Position numbers and translations under genes: made by a program | Notes under the pieces: model-generated | The model's input: the letters and a program-made list of their open reading frames with translations, nothing else | What the model was told of the DNA's origin: nothing | Databases searched by the model: none | Shown here: piece after piece, positions 13,149 to 23,240 of the stretch | Position numbering within the stretch: the stretch's first letter is position 1 | Layout: each line of letters starts with the position of its first letter | NCBI GenBank assembly: GCA_002256025.1 | Contig: NKIB01014224.1 | Coordinates: forward strand, 1-45,689 | Length of the DNA stretch: 45,689 nt | Source: Asterionella formosa | Taxonomy: Eukaryota | Direction of reading: 5' to 3'

Positions 13149-14016
13149 CTACACGTCTGCGTCATCAGCAATGGAATTTAGATGCCCGTCAATTGACTCC
13201 TCCGACAAAACCATAAACTTGCCATTAACACCGCAAAGTGTTCCTACCTCAATTTCATTTCCACGGAAATCACTTCCCAAGACGCTCCCCAAGCAAGTGA
13301 TGGCACATCGAATGGCTTGATCCTGAGTATAATCTTTCATTTCATCCACTCGTTTTTCCAAAAAGTTCATAGCCTCTTGTTCCTTGGGCCCACTGGCAGT
13401 CGCAATGAAGGGCAGGTAGTGTCCTGCACAGTCCACTTTGTAGATCGTCGGACCATCTTCGTCATCTACACCGATCATTAGGGCAATGCAGGCCAGTGGT
13501 CGCATAGAGGCCGATTGTGTATTGACCTGAGCTAGATCCGCCATGCGCTTGGCCAGAACTTTGACAGGAGTCGAGTATCCATTGTCGAACTCCCACTTGG
13601 CGCCTTCGTAGCGCGCTCGTTGAACCAGAGCCTTCGAGTCTGCCATGACTCCCGTGACGCAGCAGCCGATCTTGCTGGTCAGGGAAAAAAGGTGAGAAAC
13701 GGAGTCAGCCTGCATCAATCGGTCCGGCACTTTCTTTTGAGTAACTAGCACGACGCTGTCCTTTCCCTTGACAGCAACGCCGGTAAGTCCACTGTTGGCA
13801 GCCTTGAATGCATATTCCATCTGGTAGAGGCGACCTTGCGGCGAAAAGATGGAAATGTGGTGATCATAATTGCTGCATTGTTGTTAGTTTACCAAAAAGG
13901 GGACGGTCAGATAGGTTTTGGTCCAATTCAAGTGATCTATGAAACGAATTGCAAACTGAAACTATGGGCATATTGTCTGCGATCTTCAGTTGGTTCACTT
14001 ACGAATCCCGACTCAT
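13149..14016 (-). CDS. PSMA6: Proteasome subunit alpha type-6 (alpha1); exons 14016-14003, 13872-13149
   Basis: Spliced N-terminus [29 protein letters not shown] is the alpha-subunit signature. QKKVPDRL and KEQEAMNFLEK are typical of alpha1. 130-nt GT-AG intron. Confidence 0.95.
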
Positions 14017-14202
14017 TGTGAACCTCTTCTGCGATTACTAGCTGATCTGATAGGAACGGCGGGGATGTTACCAACAAACGGAAGTTGCTTCGGTGGTAAG
14101 GAGAGTGTGAGGAAACAACAAATGGGCGCACGATATGGAACAACCAGACGATTAAGATATGATGTATTTGGGACCGGTAGGCGATGATGTTATCATATAC
14201 AG

Positions 14203-14846
14203 TGTACCAGGTACCGGAATGGTGGAATGGTGTACTGGTACCGATGTGAATGTAAGTTAGTACATACCACATGGTACATAGTGCCGGTAATTATAATGGC
14301 TACCTGCACATGATAGCCTGTTGTGGTGATAGCAAATCATTGCTAGCTCATCTTGTAGTATACCGGCAGTATAGTACCAGGTACTGGTACCTGGTACCCA
14401 GGGGTACCTGGTGCGATAACCTCGACTCTCAAGAACAATACCAATGCTCCTACATGGTATACCCTCCTGGTACGATCATTCATGCATGCCTCCTCCTGCT
14501 TCTCCAACATGATCATCAATCGAAGACTGCCGAAGGTTCCATAACGACAGGAACAGAACCGAGTCGGGTCGACTTTGACTCGACTTGTCCAGCAGGGTCG
14601 GATAAGTCAACTGCAAGGCGCGCCATTTTCGACCACACTGAACATGTACCGGTACCAGGGGTACTGTGCAATTGTGAATTAATTACCGGGTAGCTAACCG
14701 TACAGTGCTCAGCACGTATACCGATACCGGTATATACATTTAGTTAGTTAACATTACCGTAGACTATTGAAACGGAAAAACAGAAATTTAGCTATTACAT
14801 TACCTGCTATGATATTGTAGTTATACTGGTTGTACCTGGTACCTGG
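14203..14846. promoter_or_regulatory. Divergent promoter region PSMA6/MSH1 rich in (GGTACCW)n arrays
   Basis: Clusters such as gtaccaggtactggtacctggtacccaggggtacctgg (14372-14412), plus 14203-14243, 14646-14666 and 14833-14846. The regulatory role is inferred from position only. Confidence 0.5.
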
Positions 14847-15035
14847 AACTGCCGCTGGTAATCCCTGTAGCTATTTTTAAACCATATAAACCAATTAAAA
14901 AGCCTGTCGTTTTGTCTCTGCACACCTCCATCATTCGTTTCTAGTTTCGATGCAGAGTGATGTCCCAGCAACCCGCCGCAACTAATCTCATCATTTCTCT
15001 CAGCATTGACAGGCTAAAAAGGCTTTTGTTCACGC

Positions 15036-18000
15036 ATGATATTTCCTTTTCTATCCTTTTTCGGTACAGGCTCTCTTTTCCTGTGTTTCGTGCTGTCCTT
15101 GTCTGGGAAATCTCGCGCGCTTTCCACAATGCGGCGTATAGCAATTCGGCAATGCACAGTCCTCTACGCACAGAAGCGCAATAAAACTTCCTCGAAGCTA
15201 AGGCAAGTTCAGCAACAACTCACTCAACTCAATGGTGGCCAGGAGATCAACGTTATGTCGCCAAAACAAGTGTCGCAAGCTATTTTCAAAAGGTTTCAGT
15301 CTACGTCCAGACAAACGCTGCTAGAAGCATCGTTGGACGAGGCCTCGCTGGACGAGAAAGGAAGAGCCATGGCGAAGCTAGTATTGGAAATTCGTGATTT
15401 GAACAAGATTGAACACGAAGAGGAGCAGGTTGGGCTCGAAGATTCCCCAGAGACTGGCTTTGCGGACCACCGTGACACAGGCGAGCGGAAGCAGAAACAT
15501 GCGGTTTCCGAAATAGATCCACTAACGTCACTGAAATCATCGTATGAATCACATGTACAGTCACTTTTTCAAGGAAAGGCATCGAAAATTGATAAATATT
15601 GGAAGGATCCCATGCTCAAGCTCACCAAGCCATCTGCTCGTAACATTGTCTTACAGTTTGCCCCGGATTGTCCCATGGGGTACGACCCTCTGGCCACACC
15701 ACTCGGTACAATTAAATCAGGAACGACGACCGCGGGAAAGCAGGGATCGCTTTTACACTATTGTCGTGAGCAAAAATACCGTTATAGTCACTGTGTCGTT
15801 TTGACCAGAGTTGGTGACTTTTACGAAGCCTTTGGGGTAGACGCAGCCCTGCTTGTGGAGCACTGTGGCCTCAATCCAATGGGCGGCAGAGGTCGAGCAG
15901 GTTGCCCTGTTAGAAATGTACAGGCGACGCTAGACGATTTGACGCAAAGGGGATATTCTGTTGCTGTATTAGAAGAAGTCAGTGACACTGACAGTGAACG
16001 CGGACCTTCAATGAGCCCGCCCCGACTCAAGCCAAGAATGTTGGGTCAAATTGTCTCGCCTGCAAATCCAACTTATTTGCACGATTTGCTCTTGGAAGAC
16101 AATGCTGTCTTGTTCAATGCATCACCTTCGAGACCATATGTTGCTATTTTGTCCAAATTTAGTGGGGCGACTTACTTGGAGGTCAGTGTCGAAGAAAGAT
16201 CCGTCCGAGTAACAAGTGGCTTGACACCGGAAGCCGTATCGTGCAGATTGACGGCATACCCGCCTGCTGAACCCATCGTGTACGCTGGTACCACAAAACC
16301 TAATTTCAAAGTACGAACAGAAACAGTTCCACTTGCTTTGCTACCGGAAATGGAGCCCGAAAAAGGACTATTGATACAGCTATTGCAGAGAATTGACGGG
16401 GAAGACCTTGCAACCGAGGACTTTCGATGGGTCTCCCAGGAGCAGAAAGGTGTCAATCCCTTGTACGTCGAAACGGCAACTCAGCTGGGTTTAATGAATG
16501 ATCCTAGTATTCCGTCTCTTATTCATTACATTTTGCCTGATTTCGCTCCTGCTGCCTCGAAACGATTCTTGCGCAAGTGGTTGTTGATCCCTCCACCTGT
16601 TCCGGTTAGTGAAAGTATGGCCACAGTTGTAAAATATATGAAAGAAAAAGGAGGAGCTCTCCCTCCCTTATTGGTGCCTCCTGTAGGGAAGATCGTTGCA
16701 CTGTTGCGAGCAGGGCAAGCAAGTGCGGAGGTGTACGGCAATTTACTTTCGGCCATCGACTCAACACTTCATTCTCTCACTGCATTGAAGCAACTGCACA
16801 ATCCCTTCATGCTTCTTTTACAACACGAAAGCGGGATAGCAAGCACCGTTGAATCGTTGGAAGAGCGATGCATACAAGCATCTGCAGTCATGGAAAGAAT
16901 CGTTAGCCCTATTCACCATGTCCGAGGACATGGAGAGGACGCCGTTTCTAACTACGGTGACTTAATACCAAGGGCTTTTTTTGAACGGAACGAAGGGAAT
17001 TGGAGGGGCAGAGTAAAATCTAGCGCTGCGCCAAAGGCTTACCAACGTGTAGACGAAACGGCATTGACCTTAGCTGTTGCCGTCGCCAGGGATTTGTGGG
17101 GATTTCAAGAGCCACAGATCAGCAGAAACATTGAGGCTGCGAAGAACAAGAAGTCGCCCATTCTTCAGGATATCTTTAACAATTGTTTTGCTGTGAAGGA
17201 CATGTCTAGTGCAGGCATGGAATCAGCGTACATTCATCCTAAAGATCGCTTTGGAAAACTTATCCGGAATCGGTACACAACAGACAGTGTTCAATCTGCG
17301 TTATCCGAGTATGTGGAAGCTTGCGACAAAGCTTGTCGGGAAGTAACCTCGGTTTTAGCAATGCTCAGTCAAAGAATTTGCGAAGAAGGACACCTCCCGG
17401 CAATTGTCCAAGCTGCACATTTCAACCTTATCCTCTCAACTGCGTCCCATCACGCTGCTAAGGCGAATGGGCTAGGCTGGAGCATGGCAACAACCTATGA
17501 CTGTGCATCAGTGTCACCACTGGCAGATATAGCTGGAAAATTTGTCGATATGTTTCCGTACTGGATGGATAGATCCGAGGCTGTTTCGAATTCGTTTGAG
17601 GTTGAAGGCATGTTTCTTTTGACAGCCCCCAATATGAGTGGCAAGAGCACGTTAATGAGATCAACTGCAGCAGCGGCTTTGTTAACGAATTGCGGTCTCT
17701 GTGCACCACTTAGTCCTGAGTCAGCAATTCGGCGATATGATAACATTTTTGTTCGTGGGGCATCTGCAGACGTGCCGACCGAAAACAAATCTGCCTTTGG
17801 AGCAGAAATGGTCGACATTGCGTCTCTTCTACGGTCAGCAGGGCCAGATTCACTGGTTTTCGTGGATGAGCTTGGAAGAGGAACGTCGCCACGGGATGGG
17901 GCTTGCATTGCTGCCGCTGTACTAGAATCGATGTCAGAAGCTGGAGTCAGTGGAATTTTTGCTACTCACCTTCATGATATCCTTGACCTTCCCCTTAATG

Positions 18001-18644
18001 GCTGGGATCGGATACACCTGAAGCGAATGGCTATCGAAACCGACCACTTGACTGATGCCAACTACACATGGACATACCGAATCGAAGATGGAGTGTGCAA
18101 AGACAGTTTAGCTTTGGTGACTGCTGCGAGGTTTGGGCTCCCGACAAACATATTGAGCCGTGCTGCTTCCTTTACTGCCATTTTGGATCATTCTCGAAAC
18201 GACATCGCTTGCCTTGATGGATGTAAATGCCCCGAGATTGGGCAAAATTTTCTACCAAGAGCAAGCCTTGCAAACGATACACATGGACTAAGCGAAGCGT
18301 GCAAAGTCGTTGGTTGCAGTGATACAGCCACTATGATTCCGCCACAATGGCAATCGCCCGCGTCACTGGAGGGCACTTCCTGCGTCTATATCCTTGAATT
18401 ACCCAATATGCCAAGTTGTAGGTACTACGTCGGAGAAACTGACTCGATTTCAAAACGTTTGCGACAACACCGAGCCAAGGGTGGGGCGTGGTCAGAGGCA
18501 ACCGCTGCGGTCTTTCCCATTTCTGGTGGCAAAACTCAAGCTCGAAACATGGAAAGTTTGGCAATTCAGCGACTAGCTCAAGCGGGGTTCCAATTGATCA
18601 GTGTTTCAGATGGTAGGTCAATCCGTCCAGCTGGTCGGCAATAA
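15036..18644 (+). CDS. MSH1: Plant-type organellar MutS homolog 1 (MutS I ... ATPase + C-terminal GIY-YIG endonuclease), intronless, 1202 aa
   Basis: Mismatch-recognition motif RVGDFYEAFGVDAALLVEHCGLNPMGG..AGCPVRNVQATLDDLT; Walker A TAPNMSGKST; FVDELGRGTS; IFATHLH; C-terminal VYILEL..YYVGETDSISKRLRQHR. Hydrophobic then basic N-terminal presequence. Confidence 0.92.
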   Translation: MIFPFLSFFGTGSLFLCFVLSLSGKSRALSTMRRIAIRQCTVLYAQKRNKTSSKLRQVQQQLTQLNGGQEINVMSPKQVSQAIFKRFQSTSRQTLLEASLDEASLDEKGRAMAKLVLEIRDLNKIEHEEEQVGLEDSPETGFADHRDTGERKQKHAVSEIDPLTSLKSSYESHVQSLFQGKASKIDKYWKDPMLKLTKPSARNIVLQFAPDCPMGYDPLATPLGTIKSGTTTAGKQGSLLHYCREQKYRYSHCVVLTRVGDFYEAFGVDAALLVEHCGLNPMGGRGRAGCPVRNVQATLDDLTQRGYSVAVLEEVSDTDSERGPSMSPPRLKPRMLGQIVSPANPTYLHDLLLEDNAVLFNASPSRPYVAILSKFSGATYLEVSVEERSVRVTSGLTPEAVSCRLTAYPPAEPIVYAGTTKPNFKVRTETVPLALLPEMEPEKGLLIQLLQRIDGEDLATEDFRWVSQEQKGVNPLYVETATQLGLMNDPSIPSLIHYILPDFAPAASKRFLRKWLLIPPPVPVSESMATVVKYMKEKGGALPPLLVPPVGKIVALLRAGQASAEVYGNLLSAIDSTLHSLTALKQLHNPFMLLLQHESGIASTVESLEERCIQASAVMERIVSPIHHVRGHGEDAVSNYGDLIPRAFFERNEGNWRGRVKSSAAPKAYQRVDETALTLAVAVARDLWGFQEPQISRNIEAAKNKKSPILQDIFNNCFAVKDMSSAGMESAYIHPKDRFGKLIRNRYTTDSVQSALSEYVEACDKACREVTSVLAMLSQRICEEGHLPAIVQAAHFNLILSTASHHAAKANGLGWSMATTYDCASVSPLADIAGKFVDMFPYWMDRSEAVSNSFEVEGMFLLTAPNMSGKSTLMRSTAAAALLTNCGLCAPLSPESAIRRYDNIFVRGASADVPTENKSAFGAEMVDIASLLRSAGPDSLVFVDELGRGTSPRDGACIAAAVLESMSEAGVSGIFATHLHDILDLPLNGWDRIHLKRMAIETDHLTDANYTWTYRIEDGVCKDSLALVTAARFGLPTNILSRAASFTAILDHSRNDIACLDGCKCPEIGQNFLPRASLANDTHGLSEACKVVGCSDTATMIPPQWQSPASLEGTSCVYILELPNMPSCRYYVGETDSISKRLRQHRAKGGAWSEATAAVFPISGGKTQARNMESLAIQRLAQAGFQLISVSDGRSIRPAGRQ

Positions 18645-18735
18645 TTTTTTCTAGTTGAGGATATCCAACATCAAACAAATACAAGATTCTTGTCTTGTGA
18701 AAAAGGATTTAAGGTCCTAATAGGATATACAGTTT

Positions 18736-18937
18736 CTGGATTCTGTGATTTAAGCAGACAGCCAGCACCAGGGGAGCAGTTTCATGCATGCTTTGTTGGC
18801 AACAAAATTCTAGCAATGGATCAATAAAAACCTTCAGCAACTGGATTGTGTGATTTAGGCAGACAACCAGTACCAGGGGAGCAGTTTCATGAATGCCATG
18901 TTGGCAATAAAATTCTAGCAATGGATGAATTAAACCC
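18736..18937. repeat. 105-bp diverged tandem duplication between MSH1 and the MYST gene
   Basis: ctggatt.tgtgattta.gcagaca.ccag.accagggg.agcagtttcatg.atgc..tgttggcaa.aaaattctagcaatggat starts at 18736 and at 18841. Confidence 0.85.
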
Positions 18938-19043
18938 TGCCGCAACTGATAGTATAACAACGTCTAATATGCCTGTGTCACCAATTCTCAGTAGTAATTA
19001 CGCAAATTAAGTGCAGTGTAGTTATCCCTTGAACGGCTCATTC

Positions 19044-20285
19044 CTAATGCTTCTTGGCTGGAGGCTCCCACTTCAAAAAATCTGGACGGCAAAAAAGAAA
19101 ATCGTCGTCTGATTTCTTGTAATTATCCAGGATTTGCTGTTGCACGTAAATCACGTGCTGCGATCGAAAGCATCGGATCATCCCCAAACTCTGGAGCGTT
19201 GAGATAATGTCCTCTTGCTTGATTCCTGTCTGCTGTGACATTGACTTGATGGTTAAATCCTGCGAAGGTCCTTTTTTGAGCAAGCCGAACAAAACGTGTG
19301 TCCAATAGGACCGATAGGAAATTTTTCCCAAATCTGAAAGCGGCTTTTCCGGAGACCCCGTCGTGTCTTCTCGTTTGGTCAGCTCATAGCTCAGGGAAAT
19401 GATGAATTTGCCATAGCCACACTTTTGGTATTGAGGAAAAGTCAGAATGCAAGCCAGGTTGTAATCTTCCGCAGATACTTTTTCCTTACTGAAGTATCCC
19501 ACAATGTGCGCTCCGTACTCGTCGACTTGACAAATAATGTAGAATAAGAAGGGATCTGTGTCAAAGTATAAAGTCTTGTGGTCAAGGAACAGCTTGGCCA
19601 GCAAACACAAATTTTGGCAGTAAATCTTGCTGTCTTTCCCGTCCACTTCAAATGCGGAAATATTATCATAGCGGTATATCTCGTTACCTGGTGGCTTGCG
19701 TGATTCACATAATGCCTTGTGCCTGTGAAAAGTCCTCACTGATTTCATGTATTTCAAACAGTATTCACAAATGAACAGAGTGTCGCAATTGGCGTAGTCT
19801 TCGGGATACGGCGAAAAGTACCAAGCTTCCACTTCCCACCCTCCCATGATGATTTTACTTATATTCTTGACCTTAGTTATTTCTTCATGCTCTCGTTCCA
19901 GTTCCGCTAGTGTTGGGTCTCCCGACGCATGCCAATTGCCACCCGTAAGCCGAACGGGGGCATGCTCTGTTGCCACTCGCCGTTGCGGCCTGGAAGTAGT
20001 GTCTTCTTGCTGAGGTTCCAGTTCTTCTGATTTCGCTCGATATGTATCCAGTAAAAACTTGCTGAACGGAATCCACTCATCTAGGCGCCGATCCTGCGAT
20101 TCATAGTGGACGTAATACTCAAATTCATCCTTGCCCTTGGTCTCCTCTGGTTTGCGCTTTTTAGGAACTCTGCGCTCAATGACTTTGCCCATTAACGTTT
20201 CGAGGCCATTTCGCCACCGAACCATGCATCTATCGCCAATATTTAGTGCTGAAGGCACCAGTGGTGCTACTCCCGTTGTCGTCAT
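19044..20285 (-). CDS. MYST-family histone acetyltransferase (Esa1/Tip60/MOF type) with an N-terminal Tudor-knot chromodomain
   Basis: YYVHYESQDRRLDEW; WYFSPYP; C2HC finger CEYCLKY..H..C; CQNLCLLAKLFLDHKTLYFD; GYFSKEK; NLACILTFPQYQKCGYGKF; GSPEKPLSDLG. Confidence 0.96.
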   Translation of the reverse strand: MTTTGVAPLVPSALNIGDRCMVRWRNGLETLMGKVIERRVPKKRKPEETKGKDEFEYYVHYESQDRRLDEWIPFSKFLLDTYRAKSEELEPQQEDTTSRPQRRVATEHAPVRLTGGNWHASGDPTLAELEREHEEITKVKNISKIIMGGWEVEAWYFSPYPEDYANCDTLFICEYCLKYMKSVRTFHRHKALCESRKPPGNEIYRYDNISAFEVDGKDSKIYCQNLCLLAKLFLDHKTLYFDTDPFLFYIICQVDEYGAHIVGYFSKEKVSAEDYNLACILTFPQYQKCGYGKFIISLSYELTKREDTTGSPEKPLSDLGKISYRSYWTHVLFGLLKKGPSQDLTIKSMSQQTGIKQEDIISTLQSLGMIRCFRSQHVIYVQQQILDNYKKSDDDFLFCRPDFLKWEPPAKKH

Positions 20286-20607
20286 GGTTATTAGCTATTA
20301 CGAATGTATTGATCGTAGCGTCCAAAATAAGATGCCATCACGAAGAATGCACGAACAGACGTTGCCCGTTTGACCGATATGCATATAATATGCACAGTAC
20401 GGTACTAGCCGTAGTCTAGTTAGTCAAGTTCTGATATACTTGATATAACCCTAACCCTATTAATGCATTTATCGTTGCACTGGATCACTCACTCTCCTGG
20501 ACTAGCTAAGGGAAAACCTTTCACCAATGAAAACGTTTGATTACGCGAATACTAATTCATTCAGTAATATGCATAGTTCATTGAAATGTGACTGTACTGT
20601 TAGCATG

Positions 20608-20736
20608 CACTTGAATAATAGTATAAGGACCTTTTCCACATGTCATCATCCAAAGTATTTGGATTGTCTACTAAGTATACACTTGAATAATAGCTAGTAT
20701 AAGGACCTTTTCCACATGTCATCATCCAAAGTATTT
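20608..20736. repeat. ~53-bp direct duplication
   Basis: cacttgaataatag(ctag)tataaggaccttttccacatgtcatcatccaaagtattt at 20608-20660 and 20680-20736. Confidence 0.9.
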
Positions 20737-22039
20737 AAGAGAATTAAAATCTCTGACCTTCTCCAACTTGTAATCACAAGAAACAATAGAAGTTATCACT
20801 TGTTGATATTGATGAATTAATTGTAAATCTGCAATCAATGAAATATTTAATAACATATCACGTTGGAAAACCAATGCTCCTGGCGAAATACGAAATGTCC
20901 TATGAATAAAAGCTCAGCCAAGCTGCATATACAGCAGCAAAACATGTACCATTTTAAATTAATTATAGACTATCATCATCATTCTTGCAACACACAAATT
21001 GTAAAATATGCCGTAATCATGGAAAGCCGCATTGATGATCATGGTGGACTCTGCACAGTATTAGGTTCGATGCAATTGATACATACTCTGAGCTTCACCT
21101 TCTCACTCCTCGTACTCCTCTTCGCATCAATGATACAGTGCGTTTCAAGCTTAGAATGGTGGAGATTGGTGAGGAGAAAGAGCCGCAGATGGTGATAAAG
21201 GCTGTGGTTCTCAGAGATGGAACAGAGCTGTGTACAGTCGAGTTTTTGGATTTTGGGCAAGAACATTGCTGCTTTGGAGAAAACAAGATTTCGATATCAA
21301 GACAAGTTAGCTCAAATCATTGAGCTGTATGCTGATGAAAGCGACAATCGAAAAAAGAGGGCAAGGAGCAACCACAGCCTTGGAGTGGCTTCATTTCAAC
21401 TTTTTGATAACATCCAAATTCAAGAGTAAATGGATTCTAAGGGGTGCTTCTTTGAATAATGTTCAACAATCTTGATTGAACAAGGATAGTGTTAATACAT
21501 ATTAACTAGTACTAGTTGATCATTCTAAGACTCGAAACTGATCGTTTGATCTAATTTCTAGTCGTCAACAAGACATTGCACAATTATAAATTAAGGGATT
21601 TCATGTCTATTCACGTGGTGCGAATTTTCTAGTAGCGTAAAGAATTAGCAGTGCAATGCTGTGTGTCTACATGAATGTCTTTATTTACCTTCAAAGTGAC
21701 CTACTCAAGATTCCATAGAAAAATTAGTACCCACTGCAATTAGTGCGTACATGATAGTCAGTACAAAATATGCGCGCGTTGAGGTATTCTCTTGCATTTT
21801 GAGATGTTAGACCGTCTCCGAGATTTCCATTGCTCAAGTTTTCTCATCTATTTGTAGAAAAGATAGAAATAATTCTCTAATAGAAGTTATCAAGCTAGTC
21901 ACCGCAGACTCAACGATGTCTCGTTTTTGGTTCGTATCCTCAAAACTGGTACTGAGAAAACGACGACGAAAACAAATTCTAGCTGCAATTTCAACTTTTT
22001 GTTGCCAATACTTATGAAATTTTTTTTAATTGAGCGATT

Positions 22040-22700
22040 CCCTCATCTATGTAAGGCTAGATACAGGAAAGAAATAGCAATAGTTTATTGTCAATTTTCG
22101 ATGAGAAATTCGTTCCAATAAGTTCGCCATGGTCAAGACAAGCTGTTTTTTCATCGACCTACATACATGAGGCAGGACAAATCAAATTTTGACATTCATC
22201 TGAAATATTTATAATATTCCGGTATAAATATTAGTATAATTTGAACTGGTGCTGGTAGTTGACGGAAACTCCGAAGTACGAAACGTCACAGAGAAAGACT
22301 GTGTTTTATCTAAAATCGACCTCGTATCACGTTTTCCGAAAAGAATGCAAAGGAACGCGAAATTCGCAAAAGACCGCAGAAAAAAGTCGTATATGCGGGT
22401 TTTCCCTTCTTTTTGCGGTCTTTTAACGTCTTTTCATTCGAACTCTCCCAGTTTGATACTACCAGGTAAAGTACGATCTCTTGCCCTGTATTGGAAGCAA
22501 TGTTCATATTGCCCCTGGATTTTTAATGCATTACCAGAGCTCAAATTCGCTGTGGCGAAAAGATAGTTGCGCTTACTTTTCAAGAAGTAGGCGAACTTCG
22601 CAGGAGAACGCACGACTAGAATTTCGCATGATATTAGAAAATAAACAGCGAGTTCTGTGCACAATACGCATAAGGAATTTTTCACATACTGAGGAAGTAC
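22040..22700. mobile_element. Decayed foldback/MITE-like element
   Basis: Imperfect inverted arms 22084-22128 vs 22590-22648 (gtttatt..tc..atgMgaaattc; aagttcgcc/ggcgaactt). Inner perfect 11-bp stem aaaagaccgca (22368-22378)/tgcggtctttt (22414-22424). Confidence 0.45.
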
Positions 22701-23240
22701 CGAGTTTCCCATACCTCCCTGCCTGGTAGTCCCAAAGGTTAAGATGTAGAACATACTGGTACCTGGTACCTGGTACTCTAGCTATTAATAAACTACCAGT
22801 ACTGGCTGTCCATACCATCTTCTCATAATATCGTAATTACAAAATGCATTTGTTGAGCATTGTCTAAACATAGTAACAGAATTTAGCTAGGTATGACATT
22901 ACAATGCAGCGAATAACAACAGTATGTCATGAAAGCAACCCCGATTTACTGTCGATTTCAATGATAATATAAAATTCTTTTTTAGTAAACCAAAAAAGTC
23001 AAAATTTAGTTAGGAAAATTTTCTATCATTGGTATAAACGGTTTTTGATTTGCTAGATATGTAGTCCAAAAAAGTAAACTCGAGTTCCCTGGACTAACTC
23101 ATTGTGAATTTTCGGACACTTTTGTGCAATGAAGGTAATGGACTGTTCTCATAGATTTTCCATTCAAGTCAGACATGTAGTTTGAATGCGAAATGTTTAA
23201 CAAATAATCACTAAATGTAATCCAAATAGACTGCCTATAA

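Noticed and set aside
14271..14693. 140-aa ORF between PSMA6 and MSH1
   Set aside because: It runs through GGTACCW arrays (YLVP/VPG peptides recur in many spurious ORFs here) in a divergent promoter.
20446..20459. Telomerase RNA template or true telomere
   Set aside because: Only ~2 TAACCC units, interstitial, with no recognisable Pol III promoter or terminator context; a similar copy at 2193 suggests a dispersed repeat.
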